DNA from: a virus
Virus record (IMG/VR): IMGVR_UViG_3300007734_000760
Span: 1 to 64,000 of that record
Length of the DNA: 64,000 nt
Strand: one strand, 5' to 3'
Below are positions 63,709-64,000 of this stretch, piece after piece (position 1 is the first letter of the stretch; every line of letters starts with the position of its first letter). The notes under the pieces were generated by a model, which had not been told where the DNA came from, searched no databases, and saw nothing but the letters and a program-made list of their open reading frames with translations. The position numbers were made by a program, and so were the translations under genes.

Positions 63709-63981
63709 TTAAGTTGGCAAGTTATTAAGATATTCAGTTGGTGTAGCACCATTTAAATCTAATAATGAGGGTTGAGGTAACACATTAACTGCTCCATCGT
63801 TATATTGTTGATATTGAGAGTTAACTGTACCTACTCCATTTCCGTTTAATGAATATCCTGGTAAGTTACCAGCAGCATGCATTTTTGATGCTTGTGTTGC
63901 TAAAGGATTAATAGCTATTGGTCCTCCGTTTGCTACAGATAATATTGAACCAGCAAGTTGTAATTTTGTTAGTAAGCCCAT
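63709..63981 (-). CDS. Small virion-region protein
   Basis: MGLL.KL...PS.LDLNG..P..Y..NLP; tail-operon context. Confidence 0.6.
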   Translation of the reverse strand: MGLLTKLQLAGSILSVANGGPIAINPLATQASKMHAAGNLPGYSLNGNGVGTVNSQYQQYNDGAVNVLPQPSLLDLNGATPTEYLNNLPT

Positions 63982-64000
63982 GTTGTTTGTTGTTTAAATT

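Noticed and set aside
1-64000. Stop-codon reassignment (alternative genetic code)
   Set aside because: Core genes are full length in the standard code, and TAG/TGA end genes at sensible positions
1-64000. tRNA genes, CRISPR array, integrase
   Set aside because: No cloverleaf, repeat-spacer array or recombinase motif seen; intergenic gaps are short

Overview
The window is a very AT-rich, densely coded segment of a large lytic dsDNA tailed phage with a T4-like replication set. Essentially all real genes are on the minus strand, in the standard genetic code. The host is probably a Bacteroidota/Flavobacteria member, inferred from about 15 copies of a TTTG-N20-TATATTTA promoter, A-rich leaders with no Shine-Dalgarno sequence, and lipoprotein signal peptides. 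In transcription order (right to left) it carries: baseplate/tail genes (57.2-64 kb); replication and recombination genes (PolA-like, gp32-like SSB, UvsX, 5'-3' exonuclease, DnaB helicase, NrdAB, PolB, clamp and clamp loader); a 7-deazaguanine cluster (TGT/DpdA-like, queC, queD, queE, folE); groES-groEL; a ~14.4 kb glycosyltransferase/methyltransferase/dioxygenase island; small regulatory and head-targeted proteins; a lysis cassette (GAF-domain membrane protein, holin-like proteins, GH19 endolysin, exported nuclease); an ASYA-repeat fibre; and an array of small accessory genes joined by a repeated junction motif. Three free-standing homing endonucleases are present. The most striking unexplained element is a ~75-nt structured RNA at 57105-57180, directly after the last tail-operon stop codon. 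Two separate segments of it are complementary to adjacent parts of the universally conserved 23S rRNA helix 69-70 region. All functional calls come from motif recognition by eye; no searches were run.
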